Source: Halarcobacter sp. (GTDB lineage: Bacteria; Campylobacterota; Campylobacteria; Campylobacterales; Arcobacteraceae). From it: a stretch of 64,000 nucleotides of DNA. This document shows, in pieces, positions 53,633 through 62,462 of this stretch. The notes beneath the pieces are model-generated. The model did no database searches and was not told the origin of the DNA. It saw only the letters and a list, made by a program, of their open reading frames with translations. The stretch's first letter is position 1, and each line of letters opens with the position of its first letter. Both the position numbers and the translations under genes were made by a program. Location: the NCBI GenBank assembly GCA_048571215.1, contig CP182352.1, positions 320,001 to 384,000 of the forward strand, given 5' to 3'.

Positions 53633-53697
53633 TAATTGTTATCAATATTTATAGATAATTAAGTTTCTTATTGGTATCATTTTAATAATAATTATCA
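53630..53697. promoter_or_regulatory. Two Fur boxes upstream of the DUF2325-like gene
   Basis: TGATAATTGTTATCA (53630-53644) and TAATAATAATTATCA (53683-53697), each close to the 7-1-7 consensus. Confidence 0.75.
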
Positions 53698-53710
53698 AAA
53701 AGGAAACCAA

Positions 53711-54013
53711 ATGTCAGTTTTAATTATTGGTGGAGATAAGATAGATACAATAAAATCTATTCTAGACAGTTTAGGAAAGTTTTCAATAACCCATTGGGAT
53801 ACAAGAAAAAAATCAAGCGCTTGCAGAAAAGAGATACCTCAAGATACAGATTATGTTTTAATGTTAACAGATTTTTTAAATCACAATGCCATGTATAAAT
53901 ATAGAAAGGAAGCAAAGAAAAAAGATATCCCTGTTATTTGTACAAAAAGAAGTGCAAGTTCTGTTCATTGTGAAGTTTGTAAATTCTTAAAACGCAATAA
54001 TTGTGAGGCTTAA
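53711..54013 (+). CDS. DUF2325-like small protein
   Basis: MSVLIIGGD...HWDTRK...LTDFLNHN...KKKDIPVIC. Confidence 0.75.
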   Translation: MSVLIIGGDKIDTIKSILDSLGKFSITHWDTRKKSSACRKEIPQDTDYVLMLTDFLNHNAMYKYRKEAKKKDIPVICTKRSASSVHCEVCKFLKRNNCEA

Positions 54014-54016
54014 GTC

Positions 54017-54220
54017 ATGAGTGATAACTTAATTAAGAGACTTAATAGTTTCAACAACTACAAATATAATCATTCTTTGGGTAAAATAGAAAATCTAAAA
54101 TCAGTAAAAGAAGCTGATTTAGATGAATTTTTAGAGATAGCTAATATTTTAGATAGAAATTTTATCAAATATAGTTTTAGTACTAATATTGATATCACTA
54201 TAATAAAATCTAGGAAGTAG
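54017..54220 (+). CDS. Small hypothetical protein
   Basis: 67 aa ORF, 3 bp after the previous stop. Confidence 0.55.
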   Translation: MSDNLIKRLNSFNNYKYNHSLGKIENLKSVKEADLDEFLEIANILDRNFIKYSFSTNIDITIIKSRK

Positions 54221-54233
54221 CATTAGGAGTTGT

Positions 54234-54416
54234 ATGACTGATAGTCAGATTGAAAAAGAGATAAATGATTTTATATCTCATTGTGGATTAAATATAAACC
54301 TTAATCTAGTAGACCCAATAGTTAATTTACTTAAAAATAAATATGAAAATGTTGATGAAGAAAAAGTTAGGAGTTTAGCCTCAAAAATAGTTTTGGCTAA
54401 AGAGCAAGAAGAATAA
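54234..54416 (+). CDS. Small hypothetical protein
   Basis: 60 aa ORF with AGGAG RBS. Confidence 0.6.
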   Translation: MTDSQIEKEINDFISHCGLNINLNLVDPIVNLLKNKYENVDEEKVRSLASKIVLAKEQEE

Positions 54417-54420
54417 CTTC

Positions 54421-55560
54421 TTACTCTTTGATTAGGTGTTCATACCTTTTATCTGTTAGTAGTTTTAAAAATGCAACTATTGCATCGATTTTCCTATCGC
54501 TTTGTTTATTTGCTTTTAACTCTTCTAAAGAGATTGTCTCTTCAACTTCAGGTTCAGCCCATGGTTTGCCAGTCTCTGGATTTATTTTTCTCTCTTTGTT
54601 ATTATATTTATCATAAAATTCAACCACAGTTCTTAGGTCTTTGAAAACCCCATTATGCATATATGGTGCTGTAACTGCAACATTTCTAAGTGTTGGTACT
54701 TTATATTTACCCTTTTGTTTTTCGTCAGTTACTTTTGGATTATTTAATAAACCAAGGTCAATATCTTTTACACCATTTTTTGCTCTTAGTTTGTTATTTG
54801 CAGGAACACCAATGTTGTGGAACTCATAATTGGTAAAAGTTTCACCTGCTTTATCTTCACCTTTTAGTACATGGCAAGTTGAGCATGAGTTATTATTGTT
54901 AGAAAAGAATAGTGATCTTCCTAAATCTTCCAAAACTGTTAAATCATATTCACCTTTTAAAAATCTATCATATTTTGAATCAAAAGGTGCAAACTCTTTT
55001 GTTTTTTCAAAACTTTCAATAGCTTTTGTCATTGCACTAAAAACTTTTTCATCTGAGTTAAAAATATCATCCCCATAAATAGCTTTAAAAGCAGTAACAT
55101 AATAACTATTTTCTTTAAGTCTATCAATTACATCTTTTTTTGAACTCATACCCATCTCAATAGGGTTTAGTGGTGGACCACCTGCTTGTCCTGCTAAGGT
55201 TGCTTCTCTACCATCCCAAAACTGCCCTCCAATATATTTTTTCTTTTTTTTGTCATAATGAAATATTGGTGAAAACATTGCGTATGCAGCACTTGGAGCC
55301 TCTCTATCACCTATAGATTTTCCGTTATCACCTAATGATGCCATACTATTAACACCATTTTCTCTATTATCAACAAAACCATGCTCTGGATTGTGACAAG
55401 TTGCACAGGCTTGAGTCCTATTTTTTGAAAGATTTTTATCAAAAAACAATACCTTCCCTAAATCCTCTTTTTTTAAATCTATTTTATTTTCATTGGCATT
55501 TGATACACTTATCAATGCAAAAGCAGATAAACCAACAGCCAATAGTTTAATATGTTTCAC
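54421..55560 (-). CDS. MauG-like di-heme cytochrome c peroxidase
   Basis: CATCH and CSTCH; GQFWDGR...QAGGPPLNPIEM; TAPYMHNG...VVEFY with Tyr at the MauG-type axial ligand position. Confidence 0.85.
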   Translation of the reverse strand: MKHIKLLAVGLSAFALISVSNANENKIDLKKEDLGKVLFFDKNLSKNRTQACATCHNPEHGFVDNRENGVNSMASLGDNGKSIGDREAPSAAYAMFSPIFHYDKKKKKYIGGQFWDGREATLAGQAGGPPLNPIEMGMSSKKDVIDRLKENSYYVTAFKAIYGDDIFNSDEKVFSAMTKAIESFEKTKEFAPFDSKYDRFLKGEYDLTVLEDLGRSLFFSNNNNSCSTCHVLKGEDKAGETFTNYEFHNIGVPANNKLRAKNGVKDIDLGLLNNPKVTDEKQKGKYKVPTLRNVAVTAPYMHNGVFKDLRTVVEFYDKYNNKERKINPETGKPWAEPEVEETISLEELKANKQSDRKIDAIVAFLKLLTDKRYEHLIKE

Positions 55561-56464
55561 TTTTTCTCCTTCTTTTTAATATATTTATAAATGGGAAAAC
55601 AATTAATTTTACTATAGAATCATAGTTTCCCATTTGTTGTTTTTTTAATCCAAATTTTAAGTAACTAACCTCTTTTGATAGTTTTAATGAACCAAAAATT
55701 CTATCCCAAATAGCTAAATAACTACCGTAGTTTTTATCAAAGAATTTATTACTATGGTGAATTTGATGTTGCTTTGGAGATATAAACCATTTTTCTAAAA
55801 AAGTAAAATATGAAAGTGGTATATGGGAATGTCTTAGATTTGATCCCATAAGTGAGAAAATAAAAACAAAAATATTCGCACCTAATACTTCATAAAGTCC
55901 AATTTTAGAACCAAAAAAATAGATAAATATCCCCGTTACAAACCCAATACATAATGAGTATCTAAAACCAAAAAGGATATTTTCTATTGGATGAATTCTG
56001 TAAAATGTAAGTGGATTTAATACTTTTGCACTATGATGTACCTTGTGAAACTCCCAAAGTATTGGAATAGTATGTAAAAATCTATGTAACCAATATCTAC
56101 TAAAGTCACTTACTACAAATAAAGTTAATGTATATAAAATAATTGTAGTTTCATAAGAAATAGAATTGATTTGATTGAAACCAAAATTATAATATAGATG
56201 TTTGTTAATAAAAAAAGCCACAGATTTTGCACTAATCACAATAGGTATAATCAATAATACTTTTATAAAATAAGATAACAAGAAATAGTAATAATCTAAT
56301 TTAGAACTAGGGTGTAACCAAAGTTTTGAACTAAATATTACTCTTTTATATCTACTATTAAAGTATATAAATACCATTGCTATTGCTATTGAAGAGATAA
56401 GATAAATCCAATAGGTTCTTCTTCCAGGATTTATCAAATACTCTAAGATTAGAAAATCATCCAT
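55547..56464 (-). CDS. Sterol desaturase / fatty-acid hydroxylase family membrane di-iron protein
   Basis: His boxes HRFLH, HKVHH, RHSH, HQIHH; NYG...WDRIFGS. Confidence 0.88.
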   Translation of the reverse strand: MDDFLILEYLINPGRRTYWIYLISSIAIAMVFIYFNSRYKRVIFSSKLWLHPSSKLDYYYFLLSYFIKVLLIIPIVISAKSVAFFINKHLYYNFGFNQINSISYETTIILYTLTLFVVSDFSRYWLHRFLHTIPILWEFHKVHHSAKVLNPLTFYRIHPIENILFGFRYSLCIGFVTGIFIYFFGSKIGLYEVLGANIFVFIFSLMGSNLRHSHIPLSYFTFLEKWFISPKQHQIHHSNKFFDKNYGSYLAIWDRIFGSLKLSKEVSYLKFGLKKQQMGNYDSIVKLIVFPFINILKRRRKSETY

Positions 56465-56475
56465 ATTTTAACTTT

Positions 56476-57462
56476 TTAATCCCCATCTGCTTCAATGATT
56501 TTTGCATTTATTGATAAATCTTCGATTATATCAAGAAATAAAATTGTGTGTATATTAGATATCTCTTTATATAACTTATCTACATTTGAGAAATCATCAT
56601 TTTTAATATTTTTTACTAAAACCAGCGATTTATCTATTGAATCTCTTAAATCTTTAATTTGATTCTCTTGTATTGCTTTTATTAAATAGTCACCATAATT
56701 TTCAAATTTTTTACTATTAAAATTTTTTTTATAAGTTAATAGGATTGATTCTATTGCATTTGCACTATTTTTACTCAAAAAATACTCAGCTCTTTTATTA
56801 TCAGGTTTCCCTTCATATTTTTTTGTAGCACCCATAACATCACCAATTCTCCACTCTTTTAACTTATAAGTATTTTGAATAAGTGCATTGATTACAAATG
56901 AGTTTGCCTTTTTTAAATTACTCAAAAAGTATTCTTCTGATGAGATATATTGTTCTTGTATCTCTTCTAAATATGATTTTATTTTTGAGTTTATTGTAAG
57001 GGCAATTTGATTTACTCTTTCATTTTTAATATCTTTAGCATATAAAATATATTCTAAAGCATTTATAGATTTTAGGGAGTTTTTAAATAATACTATTCTA
57101 ATACTATCACTGCTATTTATAGCTCTATCTAACTGTTCTGTAATATCTTCATTTCCATTATGAAAAATATCAATATATCTTGGTGTATCAATATAGTCTT
57201 CATTTATATCTCCAAGAATATAAAATGCCTCCACACTTTTCCAAGATTTTATTAGATTTGTAAATGCAAGCTTAGTTTTTTGTATATCTTTTTCTTTAAT
57301 AGAAACTTCAAGAATTTTACTATCGTTTACAGCCTTTTTAATATCTTTTAAAATCACATTATCATATATATTTTTTAGTACCTGTTTGTTTTGTTGTGTA
57401 TCATCTGCAAATGCAAATAGGTTTAACAACAAACAAGCTAGTAGCACTTTTATTAATCTCAT
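56476..57462 (-). CDS. Imelysin-family exported protein (second, divergent copy)
   Basis: Signal peptide; KSINALEYILY resembles the GxxAxEYLL imelysin motif; C-terminal ADGD. Confidence 0.75.
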   Translation of the reverse strand: MRLIKVLLACLLLNLFAFADDTQQNKQVLKNIYDNVILKDIKKAVNDSKILEVSIKEKDIQKTKLAFTNLIKSWKSVEAFYILGDINEDYIDTPRYIDIFHNGNEDITEQLDRAINSSDSIRIVLFKNSLKSINALEYILYAKDIKNERVNQIALTINSKIKSYLEEIQEQYISSEEYFLSNLKKANSFVINALIQNTYKLKEWRIGDVMGATKKYEGKPDNKRAEYFLSKNSANAIESILLTYKKNFNSKKFENYGDYLIKAIQENQIKDLRDSIDKSLVLVKNIKNDDFSNVDKLYKEISNIHTILFLDIIEDLSINAKIIEADGD

Positions 57463-57464
57463 TT

Positions 57465-58793
57465 TTATACCTCTTCTAAAAATTTTAAGATAAAATCTCT
57501 ATCTTTTTTTTCTAACTTCATATAGTTTTCTTTTATGTTTTTAGCTTCTCCATCATGCCATAAAATAGCCTCTTGAACACTTCTTGCTCTTCCATCATGT
57601 AATAGTCTTGGTTTTTTGCCTGTTACTTTTTCATTTAAAGATAAGCCCCATAAAGCTGGTGTTCTCCATTCACTTTCTGTTGCTTTAAATTCACTTCTAC
57701 CATCTGATAAACCCTCTCCCATATCATGAAGTAACATATCTGTAAATGGGGCAATTTTTTTACCTGATTTTGTTATAAAAGTATCAACATGACATTTAAC
57801 ACAGCCAATTTGTTTAAAAAGTTTTAAACCCTCTTTAAACTCTTTTGTTTTATTTACTTTATGAAGTTTTTGTTTCTCTAAGAAGTATACAACTGCTTCA
57901 AGTCTATTATCTGGTAAATCTATAGCATCTCTTCCCTTTGGGGAATTATTACAGGCTATTTGCTCTTTTGTGCAAGTATCTTTTTGATAAATAGTTGTTG
58001 TAAGCCCCATATCATTTATTGCTGCATTTGCTGTTTGGTGTTTTAAGTTTACAAGATTTGCTTTCCAACTAAATCTTCCTAGCTCATATTTTTTTGTAAA
58101 AGGAGAATATACAAAGTTTGCCTTACCAGAAATGCCGTCATTGTCCTTATCAAACTCATCTGTATTTGCTAAAATATCCTCTTCTTTTATATCATTTAAA
58201 AAACCAACACCATATAAAGAGGGAGCTAATCTAAATGTGAGAATAGTATCTTTATGAAGATCTCCATATTGTAAATTTTCAATAGAGTATTTTGGTTTTA
58301 ACAATGTTTCAACTTCACCATCAGGAAAATTAATATTAATCTCTTCATAATGTATTTCAGGTCTTCCTTCAAATTTTACTCCATGTACTGCATTTATTGC
58401 AATTTGACCACCATATGTTGGCTCAGTTACTAAACCATTTTTGTAAATTAAATCTTTATGCTCTTTTGAATTATTTGAAGGGATAGAAAGTTTTGCAATA
58501 ATAGTTCTAGATAGGGTACCATTTTTATTATATAAAATACCTCTTGTAGTTTTTGGATGACATGAATTACAGGTGTTTGCATTGAATAATGGTCCTAAAC
58601 CATCCCGTGCAGTTGTTGCACTAGGTGCTTCAACCCAAGGTATAGTAAAAAAACTTCTACCTAAGATATATTTATCGTACTCTTCATCACTTAGATTTTT
58701 ACTATCTGCCAAAGTAATATTACTTGTAGCAAAAAGTGCTACAAGTAAAAAAGTAAGCTTATATTTGAGTTTCTTCAGAGTCTGTAACATCAT
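57465..58793 (-). CDS. Di-heme oxidoreductase family protein (DHOR/DUF1111-like)
   Basis: DGLGPLFNANTCNSCH, DNDGISG, GRFSWKA, CVKCH, WRTPALWG, LHDGRAR. Exact start uncertain. Confidence 0.88.
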   Translation of the reverse strand: MMLQTLKKLKYKLTFLLVALFATSNITLADSKNLSDEEYDKYILGRSFFTIPWVEAPSATTARDGLGPLFNANTCNSCHPKTTRGILYNKNGTLSRTIIAKLSIPSNNSKEHKDLIYKNGLVTEPTYGGQIAINAVHGVKFEGRPEIHYEEININFPDGEVETLLKPKYSIENLQYGDLHKDTILTFRLAPSLYGVGFLNDIKEEDILANTDEFDKDNDGISGKANFVYSPFTKKYELGRFSWKANLVNLKHQTANAAINDMGLTTTIYQKDTCTKEQIACNNSPKGRDAIDLPDNRLEAVVYFLEKQKLHKVNKTKEFKEGLKLFKQIGCVKCHVDTFITKSGKKIAPFTDMLLHDMGEGLSDGRSEFKATESEWRTPALWGLSLNEKVTGKKPRLLHDGRARSVQEAILWHDGEAKNIKENYMKLEKKDRDFILKFLEEV

Positions 58794-60093
58794 CAGTACT
58801 TAAAGAGATTCCATTTGCATTTGCAATATTTACCATCTCATCTCCAAGCTTTCTCATTTGGTTTTTTAGTTTTACAATAACTTTTGCTTGTGGATTGTCT
58901 GGTTGAATTTGATAATCAAAGTGTTCTTTTGTTTTAGCAATAGAATCCACTTTCATAATCTTATCTTCAATGGAAGTCATAAGTGAACTGATTCTTTGTT
59001 TTGTTTGTGAATCTACTTTATCTAATAAAGATGAACCATAAGATTTACCTTTGTAAGTAGAAGTTAGAATATTTTTAAAACCTAAGTAGTTATTATAAAT
59101 ATCTCTATGTGTATTATCAGAAAAACAAGAGTGTTCATCCTCTTCAGATGGGGTTAAAACAGCAACTGCAATTCTTTCATTTGCAAGTTCTGATTTAATA
59201 AATACACCCATTCCCGCAATAATTTGTTTTAAAGCTTCTTTTTCAGGTATATTTTTATTTGCATTTTTCCCAGCAAGAGTATTTTTTAAAGCTTTTTGGT
59301 AAAGTCCATTATCATCCCAAGCACTATAAACAGTCTCTAAATCAGATACTATTTTTTTTGCAGCAGCTTGTAAAAAGTCTAGTCTTCTTTTTGCATTTGA
59401 ATCACTTGTAAAATCACTAAGAGGTCTTTGTCCTGCTGTAAGTGGTCCATGAGTAATTGAATCTTTTACAAAGTTTGAATAATCTTGGTCTTGCCCCCAA
59501 AGTAAAAACTCAATTGCATGATAACCTGTAGAAACATTTGCTTCACCACCATTTTCATTTAGTGCAGTTATTGAATCAACACTTATTTTTGAAACATCAA
59601 TTGCACTAGAATCTTCTCCACCTGGATTAAAAACTCCAACAGTATCTATAATATTCCCTGAAGTTTTTTTACCCTCAGCATCAACAGTATAATCAATCAT
59701 ATTTTCATCTAAAGGCCAAGCATTTATTTGTCCCTCTAAAGCACCATAAGTATCGGCAATCCAACCTTCTTCTGCATCAATTGGACCATTTGAAAGTCTA
59801 AAAATCTCAGTTTGACCATAAGATTCTCTTGAATTTAGCCAAGCTTTTTTTGCTTTTTCTAAACCAGCTTCAGTTGGGTTTTTTACAAAGTTATTGATAG
59901 CAGTTTGTAATAGTTTAGCATCTTTTAATGCATCACCATAATTATCTTTTGCTATTTTTGCATAAGAGTAAAGGATTGGAGAAGTTTTCATCTCAACTTT
60001 TGTTGGTGTTTGTTGTTGTGATGCTGTACACCCTGTTAGTATCAGTGCAGCAGTAAAACTTATACTTGTTAGTAAAGATTTCGATTTTGTCAT
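58759..60093 (-). CDS. Imelysin/IrpA-like iron-regulated lipoprotein
   Basis: Lipobox LTGC; NAWPLDE, TGYHAIEFLLWGQD (GxHxxE), EDEHSCFSDNT. Confidence 0.9.
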   Translation of the reverse strand: MTKSKSLLTSISFTAALILTGCTASQQQTPTKVEMKTSPILYSYAKIAKDNYGDALKDAKLLQTAINNFVKNPTEAGLEKAKKAWLNSRESYGQTEIFRLSNGPIDAEEGWIADTYGALEGQINAWPLDENMIDYTVDAEGKKTSGNIIDTVGVFNPGGEDSSAIDVSKISVDSITALNENGGEANVSTGYHAIEFLLWGQDQDYSNFVKDSITHGPLTAGQRPLSDFTSDSNAKRRLDFLQAAAKKIVSDLETVYSAWDDNGLYQKALKNTLAGKNANKNIPEKEALKQIIAGMGVFIKSELANERIAVAVLTPSEEDEHSCFSDNTHRDIYNNYLGFKNILTSTYKGKSYGSSLLDKVDSQTKQRISSLMTSIEDKIMKVDSIAKTKEHFDYQIQPDNPQAKVIVKLKNQMRKLGDEMVNIANANGISLSTDDVTDSEETQI

Positions 60094-60108
60094 TTGTTTC
60101 CTTTTATT

Positions 60109-60192
60109 AAAATGATAGTTGTTATCATTTTTGTTTAAGGAATTCTAATCAAAAAAAGCTTAATTACTACTTAATACTAATAATGATTATCA
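60109..60192. promoter_or_regulatory. Two Fur boxes upstream of the imelysin operon
   Basis: AAAATGATAGTTGTTATCATTTT (60109-60131) and TAATAATGATTATCA (60178-60192). Confidence 0.8.
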
Positions 60193-60255
60193 AGTTTGTA
60201 TCTAGAGAATTTGATAGGTGTAAAAAACTATATTAGTTAAGAAAAAAATAGAGGT

Positions 60256-60921
60256 TTATTCTTTACTCATTCTGTAAAGCCAATCACCAAAGCTTTTATT
60301 AAAATATGAGGCGGCAGTATTTGGTCGACTTTTATATTCTGCATTTTGAATATTGTTTTTAAAGGCACCATATTTGTACTCATTTACATAGAACCAAGGT
60401 TTAAAATTACTTCTTTTTGAGTATTTAACTGCCCATTTTGTATTATTGTCTAAAATTAAAGGATCATTTGAATCATCTATAAAATAGGCCAAAACCATAT
60501 GGTTTAGTTTCTTACTTTTAAAAGAGCCTAACCAGATTTGAAGTTTATCTTTTGGAATACCTAATTTAACCAATGAATAATATTTTGCCAAAGTAAAATC
60601 GTCACAGTCACCACCTAGTTGACCAATAAAGTTTTTAAAAGTTCGCCAATAATCGCCACCTCTAATTGTTTTATTGTTTTCAACTATAGTGTCATATTTA
60701 TATATATATTGATTAAAATATTGGTCTATCTTTCTAGCTTTTATTTTTGTAGATTTATTTTTTAAACTTTTCATCAGTTTATTCCAGTTTGCTAATCTTT
60801 CCCCAGAACGACCACCATACTCTTGTTGTATCTGTTTTATTTCATTTTTTGTGGCATACTCTTTTGCAAAACAAAAGCTAGATAATATAATAGTTAAAAA
60901 TATAGAAGTAAATAGTTTCAT
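60256..60921 (-). CDS. Transglutaminase-like cysteine proteinase (BTLCP/LapG family)
   Basis: Signal peptide; DYWRT, GDCDDFTLAKY, HMVL, ILDN (Cys-His-Asp triad). Confidence 0.88.
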   Translation of the reverse strand: MKLFTSIFLTIILSSFCFAKEYATKNEIKQIQQEYGGRSGERLANWNKLMKSLKNKSTKIKARKIDQYFNQYIYKYDTIVENNKTIRGGDYWRTFKNFIGQLGGDCDDFTLAKYYSLVKLGIPKDKLQIWLGSFKSKKLNHMVLAYFIDDSNDPLILDNNTKWAVKYSKRSNFKPWFYVNEYKYGAFKNNIQNAEYKSRPNTAASYFNKSFGDWLYRMSKE

Positions 60922-61007
60922 TGAGTTCCCTTTATAATTATATAGATTATAATGAAGAACAAGTTATATCTAAATAAAACTATTTACTTTTCTAATAGAT
61001 GAATTAT

Positions 61008-61571
61008 TTAGTTTAAATCAGAATCTTTCCAGTATTTAGTTCCTTGAATAGTTGCTTGTAAAGCAAGACCATTTTTAGTCATCTTATAAAGTCTAATCCC
61101 TGGTGCAACAGTTATAGCAGCACCAAAGGCTTTACCTTTTTTCCCAGCTTTTGCAGCTGCATCAGCTTGAGCATTTGCTTCCCAACCTTTATTTACAAAA
61201 TTATTAAAGACTTTTTCATTTTCAAATAAAAAAACTGCTCTAAAATCTTTTATTCCTAAACCAAATCCGACACCACCTGATGCCATATTCATATAGATAT
61301 TTTTGCCTGTATTATTATTGTGAGCAACACCTTTTCCACCTTCTGCTGAAAATAATACTAGATTTACGCCAATATTACTAAATACAGCATAACCATAAGA
61401 ATTTTTTAAAATCTCTTTTGCTTTTTTATCATATTTATATAAATCTGATAGAGTATTGTCTCTTATCTGAATTCTCTCTTTTCTTTCTTGTTTGATGGTA
61501 TTACCAGACCAAAATCCTGAAAATAGTATTGTAGCTATTGTCAATATAGATATTAGTTTAAAATATTTCAT
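61008..61571 (-). CDS. YSC84/SYLF lipid-binding domain protein
   Basis: GYAVF...GGKGV...GVGFGLG...GLALQATIQGTKY. Confidence 0.8.
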   Translation of the reverse strand: MKYFKLISILTIATILFSGFWSGNTIKQERKERIQIRDNTLSDLYKYDKKAKEILKNSYGYAVFSNIGVNLVLFSAEGGKGVAHNNNTGKNIYMNMASGGVGFGLGIKDFRAVFLFENEKVFNNFVNKGWEANAQADAAAKAGKKGKAFGAAITVAPGIRLYKMTKNGLALQATIQGTKYWKDSDLN

Positions 61572-61665
61572 ATCTTATCCTTTCAAAATCATTATATTTG
61601 ATGATACTGTTTCAAGGATATATTATTGCTTTAAATTAAAATATAATTTAGAGTTTAAATAAATT

Positions 61666-61749
61666 TGGTGGGGTGTTCTTACTTGAAGTTGAATCCATAT
61701 AAGAGCTTATGAAGTTATTTTATAAAAAGACCCCTAAATAGTACCCTAA
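61666..61749 (-). mobile_element. Possible decayed att site: tRNA-3'-like core plus integrase arm-like direct repeats
   Basis: Minus strand reads TTAGGGTACTATTTAGGGGTC, then ~40 nt, then TTCAAGT-AAGAACACCCCACCA (T-loop-like heptamer, 15 nt, ACCA end). Confidence 0.35.
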
Positions 61750-61751
61750 GA

Positions 61752-61971
61752 TTAATTTTCTAAATTTTTTTTGATATTTTGAATAATAGTTTTAAATATT
61801 GGTAGATTGTATCTTATTACATCTTCTATAATATTTTCATCTGTACTATCATAGTCATGTGCAATATAATTTCTTACTGAACTAATACCTTTTAAATCTT
61901 CATTTGTAAAGTTCTCTAGTATTTTCAATACATTCTAAAATCTTATCTAATCGATTAATCACTTTAGACGT
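61752..61971 (-). pseudogene. HEPN (DUF86/HepT-like) toxin pseudogene
   Basis: 5' part (T)SKVINRLDKILECIEN with ACG at the expected ATG; 3' part in another frame ILENFTNEDLKGISSVRNYIAHDY...KKNLEN* with the Rx4HxY motif; only 220 nt in total. Confidence 0.85.
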
Positions 61972-62263
61972 AAACTATGTCCTTCATGATTTTTTTATTT
62001 GTATCAGGTACAAAATCAACTGGTTGTTTGAAAATAGATTGTAGTTCATCTTTTATTGAATCAATTCTAAGAAGTTTAGAAAAACCACCAATATATTTTT
62101 TAGAAAACTTTTCATAATCTAACTTATAAGCAATATCAATATCACTATAGTCTGTGTTAGAATCTTTAGCATAACTACCAAATATTCCAACTATTTCTAA
62201 GCCTTCTTTTTGATATATTGGTTTTAGTTCTTTTAATTTATTTAGTATTTCTTCTTTTCTCAT
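61964..62263 (-). CDS. Minimal nucleotidyltransferase (MNT) antitoxin
   Basis: GIFGSYAK...SDIDI (GSx10DxD) and VDFV; 99 aa; upstream of the HEPN remnant. Confidence 0.9.
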   Translation of the reverse strand: MRKEEILNKLKELKPIYQKEGLEIVGIFGSYAKDSNTDYSDIDIAYKLDYEKFSKKYIGGFSKLLRIDSIKDELQSIFKQPVDFVPDTNKKIMKDIVYV

Positions 62264-62276
62264 AGTTGCTATTATA

Positions 62277-62424
62277 TCATAATTTTGTTTTTATCCATAG
62301 TTCAATTTTTTCCTCTTCCCAAACAGTAACCCTAGGGCTTAATTTTATAGGTTTAGGAAATTTATCTTCCTTAACTCATAACCAAATGGTACTTTTAGCA
62401 AGTGCAGTTTTTTTATATCTAATT
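62277..62424 (-). pseudogene. AlpA-family regulator/excisionase pseudogene
   Basis: Translates as KKTALAKSTIWL*VKEDKFPKPIKLSPRVTVWEEEKIELWIKTKL*; internal TGA at 62376-62378; N-terminus missing. Confidence 0.85.
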
Positions 62425-62462
62425 TTTTTAATAATAAAAAGATAATTTAAATTGTTGGCAGT

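Noticed and set aside
54421..55560. Calling the gene mauG (methylamine utilisation)
   Set aside because: No mauA/B/D/E in the window and the context is a Fur-boxed imelysin operon, so it is reported only as MauG-like.
3207..58803. Numerous 60-125 aa ORFs nested in or antisense to well-supported genes
   Set aside because: They overlap clearly identified genes (wholly or largely) and have no recognisable motifs.
61666..61740. Intact tRNA gene
   Set aside because: Only a CCA end and a T-loop-like heptamer are present; no cloverleaf can be formed. Kept only as a possible att remnant.
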